In this document: positions 13,512 through 21,362 of the stretch, in pieces
How positions within the stretch are numbered: position 1 is the first letter of the stretch
How the letters are laid out: each line of letters opens with the position of its first letter
From: Flavobacteriales bacterium
GTDB lineage: Bacteria; Bacteroidota; Bacteroidia; Flavobacteriales; Schleiferiaceae
Direction: 5' to 3'
NCBI GenBank assembly: GCA_007693635.1
Contig: REDE01000127.1
Location: 2,095-66,094 of the forward strand
Length of the DNA: 64,000 bases
Position numbers and translations under genes: made by a program
Notes under the pieces: model-generated
What the model was told of the DNA's origin: nothing
Database searches by the model: none
Seen by the model: only the letters and a program-made list of their open reading frames with translations

Positions 13512-14279
13512 TTGATCTGAGAATAAACGCTGTAGACGCTTACGCAGACTTTCAATGGATATATCTTCCTCGATAAAGTCGTCGTAAGCGATAAACAGTT
13601 TCCCTGTCTCTTCACTCACAACAATTGATACCGCGTCGGTTCTTTCAACCAAACCAATGGCGGCACGATGTCGCAATCCCTTTCTTCCGGAAATTACCTT
13701 ACTTTCACTTACGGGTAGAATAGCGCTAGCCGATAATATTCGGTTGTTCTTAATAATCACCGCTCCGTCGTGAAGTGGACTCGTTGGCTGAAAAATGGCC
13801 TCCAACAGACGAGCATTTATTTGCGCATCCATTAACACACCACTTTCGGCATAGTATGTCAGTGAGCTTTTCCTGGCAAAAACTAGTATGGCACCTACTC
13901 GTGCAGACATCATATTTTGCAGCGAAGTCAATACAGGCTCGATGTTTAGTGCGGGTTCCGTTTTGCTAGCTTTAGAACCCTTAACCTTGCGCTTAAGCAA
14001 ATCTTTAAAGCCCAAATCGATGGAAGCAAACCTTAGAAATATTTTACGCAACTCGGGTTGAAACACGATGAGCAAAGCGATAATAGCCAGCTGCAAACCC
14101 CAAGAAAGCAAGTCGGACAAAACCCTAAGTTGATAATAATCGAGCAATTCTGAAAGCAAGAAAAGCGCAATAATCAACAAATACAAATTAGATAAAACGG
14201 TTCGACGCACGAAAAAGAAAACCAACGCCAGCACAAAAACGACGAGAAAAACATCAATAAATTGCATCCAGTGTATCAT
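13506..14279 (-). CDS. cdaA: Diadenylate cyclase (c-di-AMP synthase, CdaA/DacA type)
   Basis: 257 aa. It has three N-terminal TM helices followed by DAC-domain motifs: SPLHDGAVII, GLRHRAAIG and SIVVSEETG. Confidence 0.9.
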   Translation of the reverse strand: MIHWMQFIDVFLVVFVLALVFFFVRRTVLSNLYLLIIALFLLSELLDYYQLRVLSDLLSWGLQLAIIALLIVFQPELRKIFLRFASIDLGFKDLLKRKVKGSKASKTEPALNIEPVLTSLQNMMSARVGAILVFARKSSLTYYAESGVLMDAQINARLLEAIFQPTSPLHDGAVIIKNNRILSASAILPVSESKVISGRKGLRHRAAIGLVERTDAVSIVVSEETGKLFIAYDDFIEEDISIESLRKRLQRLFSDQL

Positions 14280-15109
14280 CGAGCGAGCATTGAGTATACG
14301 TGAATAACCTGTTTGGCGGCTAAAACATCGTGGACCCGCAATATACGAGCCCCATTTGAAATAACAGCCATGTGCAAAGCATCAGTAGCCGGCAAAACAT
14401 CTTCAGGCGATACACCTAGGGTTTTGTATAGGAGCGACTTTCTTGAAACACCAATCAAAATAGGTTGATCAAACAGTTCTTGAATTTCTGGCAAGCGACG
14501 AAGAATTTCGAATCCTTGCTCGTGCGTCTTCGCAAAGCCAATTCCGGGATCCAATACAATATCAACAGCGCCAAAACTCTGTAAACGATAAACCTGTTGA
14601 TGGAAAAACTCTACCAGTGCCGAAAAAATATCGTCATAATGCGTTAAGTTTTGCATATTCTTCGAATCGCCTCTGCTGTGCATTAAAACGTACGGAACTC
14701 GGTATTCACCAACAACGGAAAACATAGCATCATCCATTTGCCCGCCTCGAACATCATTGATCATATCAGCCCCAATTTCAATGGCTCGCTGAGCCACCTC
14801 CGCATGAAATGTATCTACAGAAATCGGTGTTTCGGGAAAATGACTGCGAATAGCTTGCAGGGGTTCTTTGAGTCTCTGCCACTCCTGCTCTGCGTTGAGA
14901 ATTTCGGCGCCCGGACGAGTAGACTGTGCGCCAACATCCAGAATGTCTGCACCCTGCTCAACCATTTTCTTCGCCGTATGCAAGGCAGCATCAACCTCAA
15001 TGGCCCGACTTTCCGCAAAGAAAGAATCCGGCGTAACATTAATGATTCCCATTACTTTGGGTTCCGAAAGACTAAAAATTTTTGAACGCAGTCGTAATGT
15101 TTGTTGCAA
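14276..15109 (-). CDS. folP: Dihydropteroate synthase
   Basis: 277 aa. It contains GIINVTPDSFF, DILDVGAQSTRPG, DPGIGFAKT and GVSRKS. The stop overlaps the cdaA start (ATGA). Confidence 0.93.
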   Translation of the reverse strand: MQQTLRLRSKIFSLSEPKVMGIINVTPDSFFAESRAIEVDAALHTAKKMVEQGADILDVGAQSTRPGAEILNAEQEWQRLKEPLQAIRSHFPETPISVDTFHAEVAQRAIEIGADMINDVRGGQMDDAMFSVVGEYRVPYVLMHSRGDSKNMQNLTHYDDIFSALVEFFHQQVYRLQSFGAVDIVLDPGIGFAKTHEQGFEILRRLPEIQELFDQPILIGVSRKSLLYKTLGVSPEDVLPATDALHMAVISNGARILRVHDVLAAKQVIHVYSMLAR

Positions 15110-15167
15110 AATACTTAATTTGATTGCAAAGATGGGAAAAATTAAGCAAAATGCGATAACCTCTATA

Positions 15168-15175
15168 TATCTTTG
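15168..15175 (+). promoter_or_regulatory. -7 promoter box TAtcTTTG
   Basis: Perfect TAnnTTTG match 31 nt upstream of the ATG at 15206. Confidence 0.45.
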
Positions 15176-15205
15176 TGCAAATAATTAACGAATACAATCA
15201 GGAAT

Positions 15206-16345
15206 ATGCAAAATGTTGTTACGCAACTATTTAGAGTGCTCGTTGGAGGTTTGTTTATTTTTTCCGGACTTATCAAACTCAATGACCCTATGGGCATGGC
15301 TTTTAAACTGGAAGATTATTTTGCCCCCGATGTGCTCAACCTCACTTTTCTCACCCCTTTCGCCCTTTCCATAGCTCTATTCATTGTAATTGCTGAGGTA
15401 CTTCTCGGCGTTGCCTTACTTATTGGTTGGAAAACAAAAATCACCGTACTTTCCTTGATGGGATTAATAGTCTTCTTTACCTTCCTCACCTTTTACTCAG
15501 CTTATTTCAATAAGGTTACCGACTGTGGTTGTTTTGGTGATGCCATTCCCCTTACGCCATGGCAGTCGTTTTCTAAAGATGTCATTTTACTTGTCCTTAT
15601 CCTCTGGATTTGGCGTTTCCAACATTTTATTCGCCCTGTATTCGCCCCGGGCTTGCAAAACCTAAGCGTAGTTGTAGCCTTGGTGTTGTGTGGATGGATG
15701 GGCTGGCACGTACTGCGTCATTTGCCATTTAAAGATTTCCGCCCCTACGCAATCGGAAAAAATATCGCCGACGGCATGAAACCTGCTGAAGAATTGGGAC
15801 TTGAACCGCCTAAATACCTTACATTCTATACGCTTGTAAACCAAGAAACCGGAAAAGAGGAAGTTGTGGACTCCGACGCCTACGTAAAAGATCGCTGGTG
15901 GGAAAAGCCCGAATGGCAGATTGACGGCGAACGGACATTTACCAAACTCGTGCGCAAAGGGTATGAACCACCTATTCACGATTTCGACCTTATTCAAGAA
16001 GGTGAAGACATCACAGAAATGGTGTTGGAATTAGAGCGGGTCATTCTGGTTGTTGCTTACGACCTAAGAAAAAGCAACGCTCGTCTTCACGCGAAGGTAA
16101 ATTCCTTTGTGAATGAGGCTGAAGCGCTCGGTGTTCAAACTTACGGACTGACTTCCACCGACCCGGTGATCATTGAAGAACTCCGACACGAGTGGCAAAT
16201 GCCCTATCCCTTTGCGGTAGCGGACCAAACAACTTTAAAAACCATAATCCGTGCTAATCCAGGAGTCGTTCTTTTAGAGAAAGGAACTGTTGTAGGCAAA
16301 TGGAATCCTCGCGACTTACCCGAGGCAGGGAGTCTATTCAAATAA
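15206..16345 (+). CDS. DoxX/MauE-like membrane protein with a soluble thioredoxin-fold-like C-terminal domain (BT_3928-like)
   Basis: 379 aa. The N-terminal half has about 5 TM helices and the MauE/DoxX-type motif TDCGCFGD. The C-terminal half is soluble. Confidence 0.6.
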   Translation: MQNVVTQLFRVLVGGLFIFSGLIKLNDPMGMAFKLEDYFAPDVLNLTFLTPFALSIALFIVIAEVLLGVALLIGWKTKITVLSLMGLIVFFTFLTFYSAYFNKVTDCGCFGDAIPLTPWQSFSKDVILLVLILWIWRFQHFIRPVFAPGLQNLSVVVALVLCGWMGWHVLRHLPFKDFRPYAIGKNIADGMKPAEELGLEPPKYLTFYTLVNQETGKEEVVDSDAYVKDRWWEKPEWQIDGERTFTKLVRKGYEPPIHDFDLIQEGEDITEMVLELERVILVVAYDLRKSNARLHAKVNSFVNEAEALGVQTYGLTSTDPVIIEELRHEWQMPYPFAVADQTTLKTIIRANPGVVLLEKGTVVGKWNPRDLPEAGSLFK

Positions 16346-16356
16346 AAAATCCTAGT

Positions 16357-17409
16357 ATGCGGTCTTTGACCTACATCCTGCTTGTCCTTTGGGGCGTAGT
16401 TAGTCTGGTTTTCATTCTCTTCACGGTTATCCCTGGCGACCCAGCACGAATGATGCTCGATCAAAGGGAAGACTCCGAAATATTGACTTCCATACGAGCT
16501 AAATATGGCTTGGATTTACCTATTTGGAAACAGTATGCATGGTATCTCAATGATTTGAGTCCGGTAAGTTGGCATGTTAATGCAGAAAACCACGTATCTA
16601 ACCTCGAAATGCGTTCCGTAATATTCAGCGTCTGGAAAAACGATGAAGCGGCACTGGTGGTAAAATACCCGTACTTACGGACTAGTTTTCAAATGCAAGA
16701 TCAGCCGGTACACCGAATTATTGGAAATGTTCTTTCAAATACGGTCGTATTGGCGTTCAGCTCAATGTTACTGGCTCTCGTGGTTGGCATATTCCTCGGA
16801 ATTATTGCCGCCTTGCGAAGTGGCACATGGCTCGATCAACTCATCGCCCTACTTTCCACCCTTGGCATGTCGGTACCATCATTTTTATCGGCAATTGTAA
16901 TAGCTTACGTTTTCGGCTATTTGCTTGCGCCTATTACCGGATTATCGATGTCGGGGTCGCTTTTTGAATGGGATAACTTTGGAGAAAATCGACATTTAGT
17001 AATCAAAAACCTAATTTTACCATCCATTACTCTTGGAATAAGACCACTGGCCGTGATTACTCAACTCATGCGCTCCAGCATGCTGGAAGTTCTCGATCAA
17101 GATTATATGCGCACTGCTCGAGCGAAAGGCTTATCGTTGTCGCAACAAATTTGGAGACACGCCCTTCCCAACGCACTCAATCCGGTGATCACCTCCGCCT
17201 CGGGATGGTTGGCCTCAATGTTAGCGGGTGCCGTTTTCGTAGAATATATTTTCGGCTGGAACGGTCTAGGAAAATTAATCGTCGACGCGTTAAATAATTT
17301 GGATTTACCCATTATTATGGGCTGCGTACTGGTGGTTTCCGTTTTCTTTACCTTCATTAACTTCGCCGTCGATTATATCCACAAATGGATGGATCCAAGA
17401 ATTCAATAA
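16357..17409 (+). CDS. ABC transporter permease (DppB/OppB-type binding-protein-dependent inner-membrane component)
   Basis: ORF 16300..17409. The preferred start is ATG 16357 (MRSLTYILLVLWGVVSLVFILFTVIPGDPARMML), 12 nt after the upstream stop. It has an EAA-like loop DYMRTARAKGLS and a C-terminus DPRI. Confidence 0.85.
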   Translation: MRSLTYILLVLWGVVSLVFILFTVIPGDPARMMLDQREDSEILTSIRAKYGLDLPIWKQYAWYLNDLSPVSWHVNAENHVSNLEMRSVIFSVWKNDEAALVVKYPYLRTSFQMQDQPVHRIIGNVLSNTVVLAFSSMLLALVVGIFLGIIAALRSGTWLDQLIALLSTLGMSVPSFLSAIVIAYVFGYLLAPITGLSMSGSLFEWDNFGENRHLVIKNLILPSITLGIRPLAVITQLMRSSMLEVLDQDYMRTARAKGLSLSQQIWRHALPNALNPVITSASGWLASMLAGAVFVEYIFGWNGLGKLIVDALNNLDLPIIMGCVLVVSVFFTFINFAVDYIHKWMDPRIQ

Positions 17410-17440
17410 AAATATAGCAATCATTTAGTCAAAACAACAT

Positions 17441-18193
17441 ATGAATCACTTACGCCAACCCATTATTGCGGGAAACTGGAAAATGAATATCCCCGCTGAT
17501 TTCCAAAATTTTATTGCAGGTATTTCAAAAAACACGGCAAAAAATGCAAGCCTCGTCATCTGTCCGCCATTTTCCCACCTCGGAAGCGTTGCCGCGCAAA
17601 ATAATCACAGAAATTTCCAAGTGGGAGCACAAAACGTTCACCACGAAAATTCTGGCGCATATACGGGTGAAGTTTCCGCCTCAATGCTAGCATCAGTCGG
17701 AGTTCAATATGTAATTATTGGACACAGCGAACGCCGCCAATACCAAGCCGAAGGACATGAGGTCCTCGCCCCCAAATTACAGCGCGTTCTCGAGCAAAAC
17801 ATGATCGGTATTTATTGTGTAGGTGAAACATTGGAAGAACGCAAATCAGGTAGATTTTTGGAGGTCATTGATCAACAATTGAAGACCATTCCCAAAGACT
17901 TTCCAGCTGAAAACCTAGTTATTGCCTACGAACCCGTCTGGGCGATTGGCACCGGAGAAACAGCTTCTCCTGAACAGGCAAATGAGGTTCATGCTCATAT
18001 TCGCAACTTTCTAAAAATGACCTTTGGTGAAGATTTCGCCAATTCCATCCGTATATTATATGGTGGCTCAATGAAGCCCAGTAATGCTGCCGAACTCTTA
18101 GCGCAACCCGAAGTTGACGGGGGACTCATTGGAGGTGCTTCACTGGTGTTGGAAGACTTTCTGGCAATCGCCGCTGCGGCAGATAATCAGTAA
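17441..18193 (+). CDS. tpiA: Triosephosphate isomerase
   Basis: 250 aa. It contains AGNWKMN, IIGHSERR, AYEPVWAIGTG and YGGS. Confidence 0.95.
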   Translation: MNHLRQPIIAGNWKMNIPADFQNFIAGISKNTAKNASLVICPPFSHLGSVAAQNNHRNFQVGAQNVHHENSGAYTGEVSASMLASVGVQYVIIGHSERRQYQAEGHEVLAPKLQRVLEQNMIGIYCVGETLEERKSGRFLEVIDQQLKTIPKDFPAENLVIAYEPVWAIGTGETASPEQANEVHAHIRNFLKMTFGEDFANSIRILYGGSMKPSNAAELLAQPEVDGGLIGGASLVLEDFLAIAAAADNQ

Positions 18194-18888
18194 TAACCCA
18201 GACTTCTCAATTCAGGAATCACATCGGCGTGCCAATCTTCCCAAGGTGGAAGATTGGCCTTCTCAGCCCGAACACCTCCTTGATTTTGGTATATTTCAGG
18301 CAGATGAGAACTATCTGCCCCCTGCAGCATTTGTTCGTCGAACTCAATAGCAAGAAAAGTACAGACTGCCTTCAATACCTCGGTGGGTCGCGATACCAAG
18401 TCCTCCATTTTCACCAATAAATATCGAGGACTACTTTCTTGCTGCAAATAGGTCAATGTCTTTAATGATCGTCTCCAGGAAGCGATGGCATCGACAAGAC
18501 TTTTACCCATTCGGGTCATCTTGGAAGGCACACAACTTCTGGCATCTCGTAAGACATAGATAACACGTGAATTAGCAAATGCCCTAAAAAAAAGCTCTTC
18601 GGATTTACCAGCACAAAGAGGGTCTAAAAACGCCAATTGCTCGGTAGTAATTTTATTTCCCCAGATGAGTGGGGAAGATTTTTGCTGTTTTTTGCACGAC
18701 CGGACAAAATGCTCCACGCGATTGTGTGCGGTATCGCTCTCCCACCATCGTATCGTTTTTCCACTCAAGGTATTTACGGAGTTTAGCTCCATGCCACACT
18801 CGAGCTTGGGGTGATGATTGAGCATGGCGGCCAATAGACTCGTGCCACTTCTACCCGCACCAACGACAAGAAAAGGGTCATTTGTCAT
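18187..18888 (-). CDS. Sulfotransferase family protein
   Basis: 233 aa. The N-terminal PAPS 5'-phosphosulfate-binding-type loop is VVGAGRSGTSLL. A later RDARS segment fits the 3'-phosphate-binding region. The start shares one nucleotide with the upstream stop (TAATG). Confidence 0.65.
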   Translation of the reverse strand: MTNDPFLVVGAGRSGTSLLAAMLNHHPKLECGMELNSVNTLSGKTIRWWESDTAHNRVEHFVRSCKKQQKSSPLIWGNKITTEQLAFLDPLCAGKSEELFFRAFANSRVIYVLRDARSCVPSKMTRMGKSLVDAIASWRRSLKTLTYLQQESSPRYLLVKMEDLVSRPTEVLKAVCTFLAIEFDEQMLQGADSSHLPEIYQNQGGVRAEKANLPPWEDWHADVIPELRSLGYY

Positions 18889-19718
18889 TATCGCCGATTA
18901 ATAATAATTTCCAAACTTCGCTCGATCAAAGCACTGACTGTTTGATCGGGCTTAGAGCTAAAAGTACCTGCCGCACGATTAGCCAAAATAGCATTAAGAC
19001 TTATTGCCTTATGCCCTAACAGAGCCGATAAAGCATAAATTCCGGCAGTCTCCATTTCAATATTGGTCAGCCGGCGGTTTTCTATCTGCGTATAGCCCAA
19101 TTTGTCCAAATCCAAATTGGTTTGCAAACGAATTCTACGACCTTGAGGGGCGTAAAAACCCGCTGTAGTGAGTGTAAAACCCGGAGTAAAATCGCCTTCC
19201 AATGCAAAACAATCAACCAAATCATTGTCAGCCTTTGAAAAATAAGCACCTTTTGGCAACAAATCGTGTTCAACCCACCCCCTGTGTTCGGGGTAATAAT
19301 TCATTAAAGCATCTAAACCCAAAGCCGCTTCGGAGTATAAGAATGAGTCTACAGCGACATCCGAAACCAAAGCCCCGGAGGTTCCAATGCGATAGATTTC
19401 CAAAGTCTGGTGTGATGGCTTCGCTTGTCGCGTAGAAAAGTCAACGTTAAACAAAGCGTCTAATTCGTTCAATACAATATCGACGTTATCTGTACCTATT
19501 CCCGTAGATACAACGGTGATTCGTTTACCATCTAAAACACCCGTATGTGTAACGAATTCACGGTGACTACGCTTGAGTTCGATGGAGTCAAAATGTTTAC
19601 TAACAGAATCTACTCTACCTGGATCGCCTACGCAAATAATAGTCGTTGAAACCTCCCCCGGCTCAAGATGCAGGTGATACAATCGGTTGTCTTGTAAAAT
19701 CAATTCGGAAAATTGCAT
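18888..19718 (-). CDS. Nucleoside phosphorylase (PNP_UDP_1 / uridine phosphorylase-like family)
   Basis: ORF 18888..19769. The preferred start is ATG 19718 (MQFSELILQDNRLYHLHLEPGEV...VGDPGRV). It also contains STGIGTDN and EMETAGIY. Confidence 0.75.
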   Translation of the reverse strand: MQFSELILQDNRLYHLHLEPGEVSTTIICVGDPGRVDSVSKHFDSIELKRSHREFVTHTGVLDGKRITVVSTGIGTDNVDIVLNELDALFNVDFSTRQAKPSHQTLEIYRIGTSGALVSDVAVDSFLYSEAALGLDALMNYYPEHRGWVEHDLLPKGAYFSKADNDLVDCFALEGDFTPGFTLTTAGFYAPQGRRIRLQTNLDLDKLGYTQIENRRLTNIEMETAGIYALSALLGHKAISLNAILANRAAGTFSSKPDQTVSALIERSLEIIINRR

Positions 19719-19740
19719 GCGCTCGTATAAAAAAATGATG

Positions 19741-19748
19741 TACTTTTG
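19741..19748 (+). promoter_or_regulatory. -7 promoter box TActTTTG for the usp gene
   Basis: Perfect TAnnTTTG match 20 nt upstream of the ATG at 19768. Confidence 0.5.
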
Positions 19749-19767
19749 GGACTCCAAATTTACAACC

Positions 19768-20649
19768 ATGAGTCAACAACAAACTCCCAAAATTTTAGTT
19801 CCCACTGGATTTAGTGAACAATCGATTAAAGCGGCTGAGCAAGCGGCTTATTTCGCCAAAGTCATGAACGCAAAGCTCATCTTATTGTCTGTTATAGAAA
19901 GAGATGGGTTTTTCGCAAGAATATTTGAAGACAAAGAAATGTCGGGCAAGCTTAGAGAAAAAGCCCGTACAGAATTAAAAAAGCTGGCGGAATCTAAGAG
20001 TAAAGAATTTGGAATTGAAGTGGAAACTGCCGTTAGCGAAGGTGTGGTTTACGAAGAAATTGCCAAAGCAGCGGAGACTTTAGATGTCGATTTGGTTGTT
20101 ATGGGTACAAATGGTAAGCCCGGAAACATTCGTCAGCGAATGATTGGTAGTAATGCCTACCGAGTAGTTACCTTAGTACAACCCCCGGTAGTTACCATTA
20201 AGGGTGATGCTGAAATTAGTGAAATTAAAAATCTTGTCTTCCCTGTAATGGCAGACCGCAAGAGTCGTGAAAAAACAGGGATGGCCATGCGTATTGCGCG
20301 TTTGTTCAATGCGCATATTCATGCCGTTACTTTCGTTACGAAAGACAGTGAAAAAGAAATTCTCGTTCGCCAAATACGCCAATTGGAAAAGTTTATTACC
20401 GAGCGTGGTGTTTCGGTTTCTACAGAAGTCATCACTCCAGAAAACCGCAAGCCTATTGCCAAATTAACCATTGAATACGCGCAGCGAATTGGCGGTGATA
20501 TGATCCTCATAACGGAAGAAGGTGAAGAGCCTGATTTGGCCGATATGCTCTTGGGTTCTGATGTCCGTGATATGCTATACTACTCCGACATTCCCGTAAT
20601 GTCCGTAACGCCTTCACCCGACAAATTCAAAAGCGTTTTTGAAAGGTAA
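19768..20649 (+). CDS. Universal stress protein, tandem UspA domains
   Basis: ORF 19687..20649. The preferred start is ATG 19768 (MSQQQTPKILVPTGFSEQS). There are two Usp repeats, with VDLVVMGTNG in the first and GDMILITEEG...GSD in the second. Confidence 0.8.
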   Translation: MSQQQTPKILVPTGFSEQSIKAAEQAAYFAKVMNAKLILLSVIERDGFFARIFEDKEMSGKLREKARTELKKLAESKSKEFGIEVETAVSEGVVYEEIAKAAETLDVDLVVMGTNGKPGNIRQRMIGSNAYRVVTLVQPPVVTIKGDAEISEIKNLVFPVMADRKSREKTGMAMRIARLFNAHIHAVTFVTKDSEKEILVRQIRQLEKFITERGVSVSTEVITPENRKPIAKLTIEYAQRIGGDMILITEEGEEPDLADMLLGSDVRDMLYYSDIPVMSVTPSPDKFKSVFER

Positions 20650-20670
20650 TTAATCTTGATCCTTTACAAT

Positions 20671-20717
20671 CAGCGGAGAGTCCATCAAAACAAGATAGAC
20701 TCTCCGCTGTTTTTTTT
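20671..20717 (+). terminator. Rho-independent terminator after the usp gene
   Basis: The 12-bp perfect stem cagcggagagtc / gactctccgctg is followed by T8. Confidence 0.9.
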
Positions 20718-20732
20718 GAGCACAGCTAAACT

Positions 20733-20740
20733 TACCTTTG
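20733..20740 (+). promoter_or_regulatory. -7 promoter box TAccTTTG only 4 nt upstream of the recR ATG
   Basis: The sequence is TACCTTTGcattATG. This geometry predicts a leaderless or near-leaderless transcript. Confidence 0.45.
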
Positions 20741-20744
20741 CATT

Positions 20745-21359
20745 ATGCATATCGAATCAAAACTTATTGATCAGGCCGTTAGAGAACTTTCAAGATTGCC
20801 GGGCTTAGGCCGAAAATCGGCTCTGCGAAATATTTTATATTTGCTGAGACAGGACCCTGAGCAAACAAAATTACTGGCAAATGCACTCATTGATCTCGTC
20901 GAAAACATCCAGAAATGCAAGGTATGTAATGTCCATACCGAAGATGAAATATGCGGAATTTGCGCCGACAAACGCCGGAATCATAATTTGATTTGCATTG
21001 TAGAAGACGTTCGTGACGTATTGGCTATAGAAAACACCGGTCAGTTCAATGGTGTATACCACGTTTTGGGCGGTTTAATCTCACCCATGGAAGGCATTGG
21101 ACCTGGGCAATTGAGTATTGCGAGTCTAGAACAAAGGTTGGATCAAGAAAATATCGAAGAGGTGCTGCTGGCATTATCCGCAAACGCTGAGGGTGACACC
21201 ACCAACTTCTATTTATTTCGAAAAATACAACAACATCCGAATATCAAAGTCACCACAATCGCTCGCGGCATTGGCGTAGGAGATGACCTAGAGTACGCCG
21301 ATGAAATCACTCTAGCGAGAAGTATTTTACACCGTGTAGATTATAAAGCCAACGTATAG
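20745..21359 (+). CDS. recR: Recombination protein RecR
   Basis: 204 aa. It has the HhH motif LPGLGRKSA, the zinf finger CKVCNVHTEDEICGIC, and a Toprim domain. Confidence 0.95.
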   Translation: MHIESKLIDQAVRELSRLPGLGRKSALRNILYLLRQDPEQTKLLANALIDLVENIQKCKVCNVHTEDEICGICADKRRNHNLICIVEDVRDVLAIENTGQFNGVYHVLGGLISPMEGIGPGQLSIASLEQRLDQENIEEVLLALSANAEGDTTNFYLFRKIQQHPNIKVTTIARGIGVGDDLEYADEITLARSILHRVDYKANV

Positions 21360-21362
21360 CCC

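Noticed and set aside
15700-15725. TGGCAC followed by a later TTGCC inside the DoxX-like gene, considered as a second sigma54 site.
   Set aside because: The spacing is wrong (TGGCACGTACTGCGTCATTTGCC) and the site lies inside a coding region.
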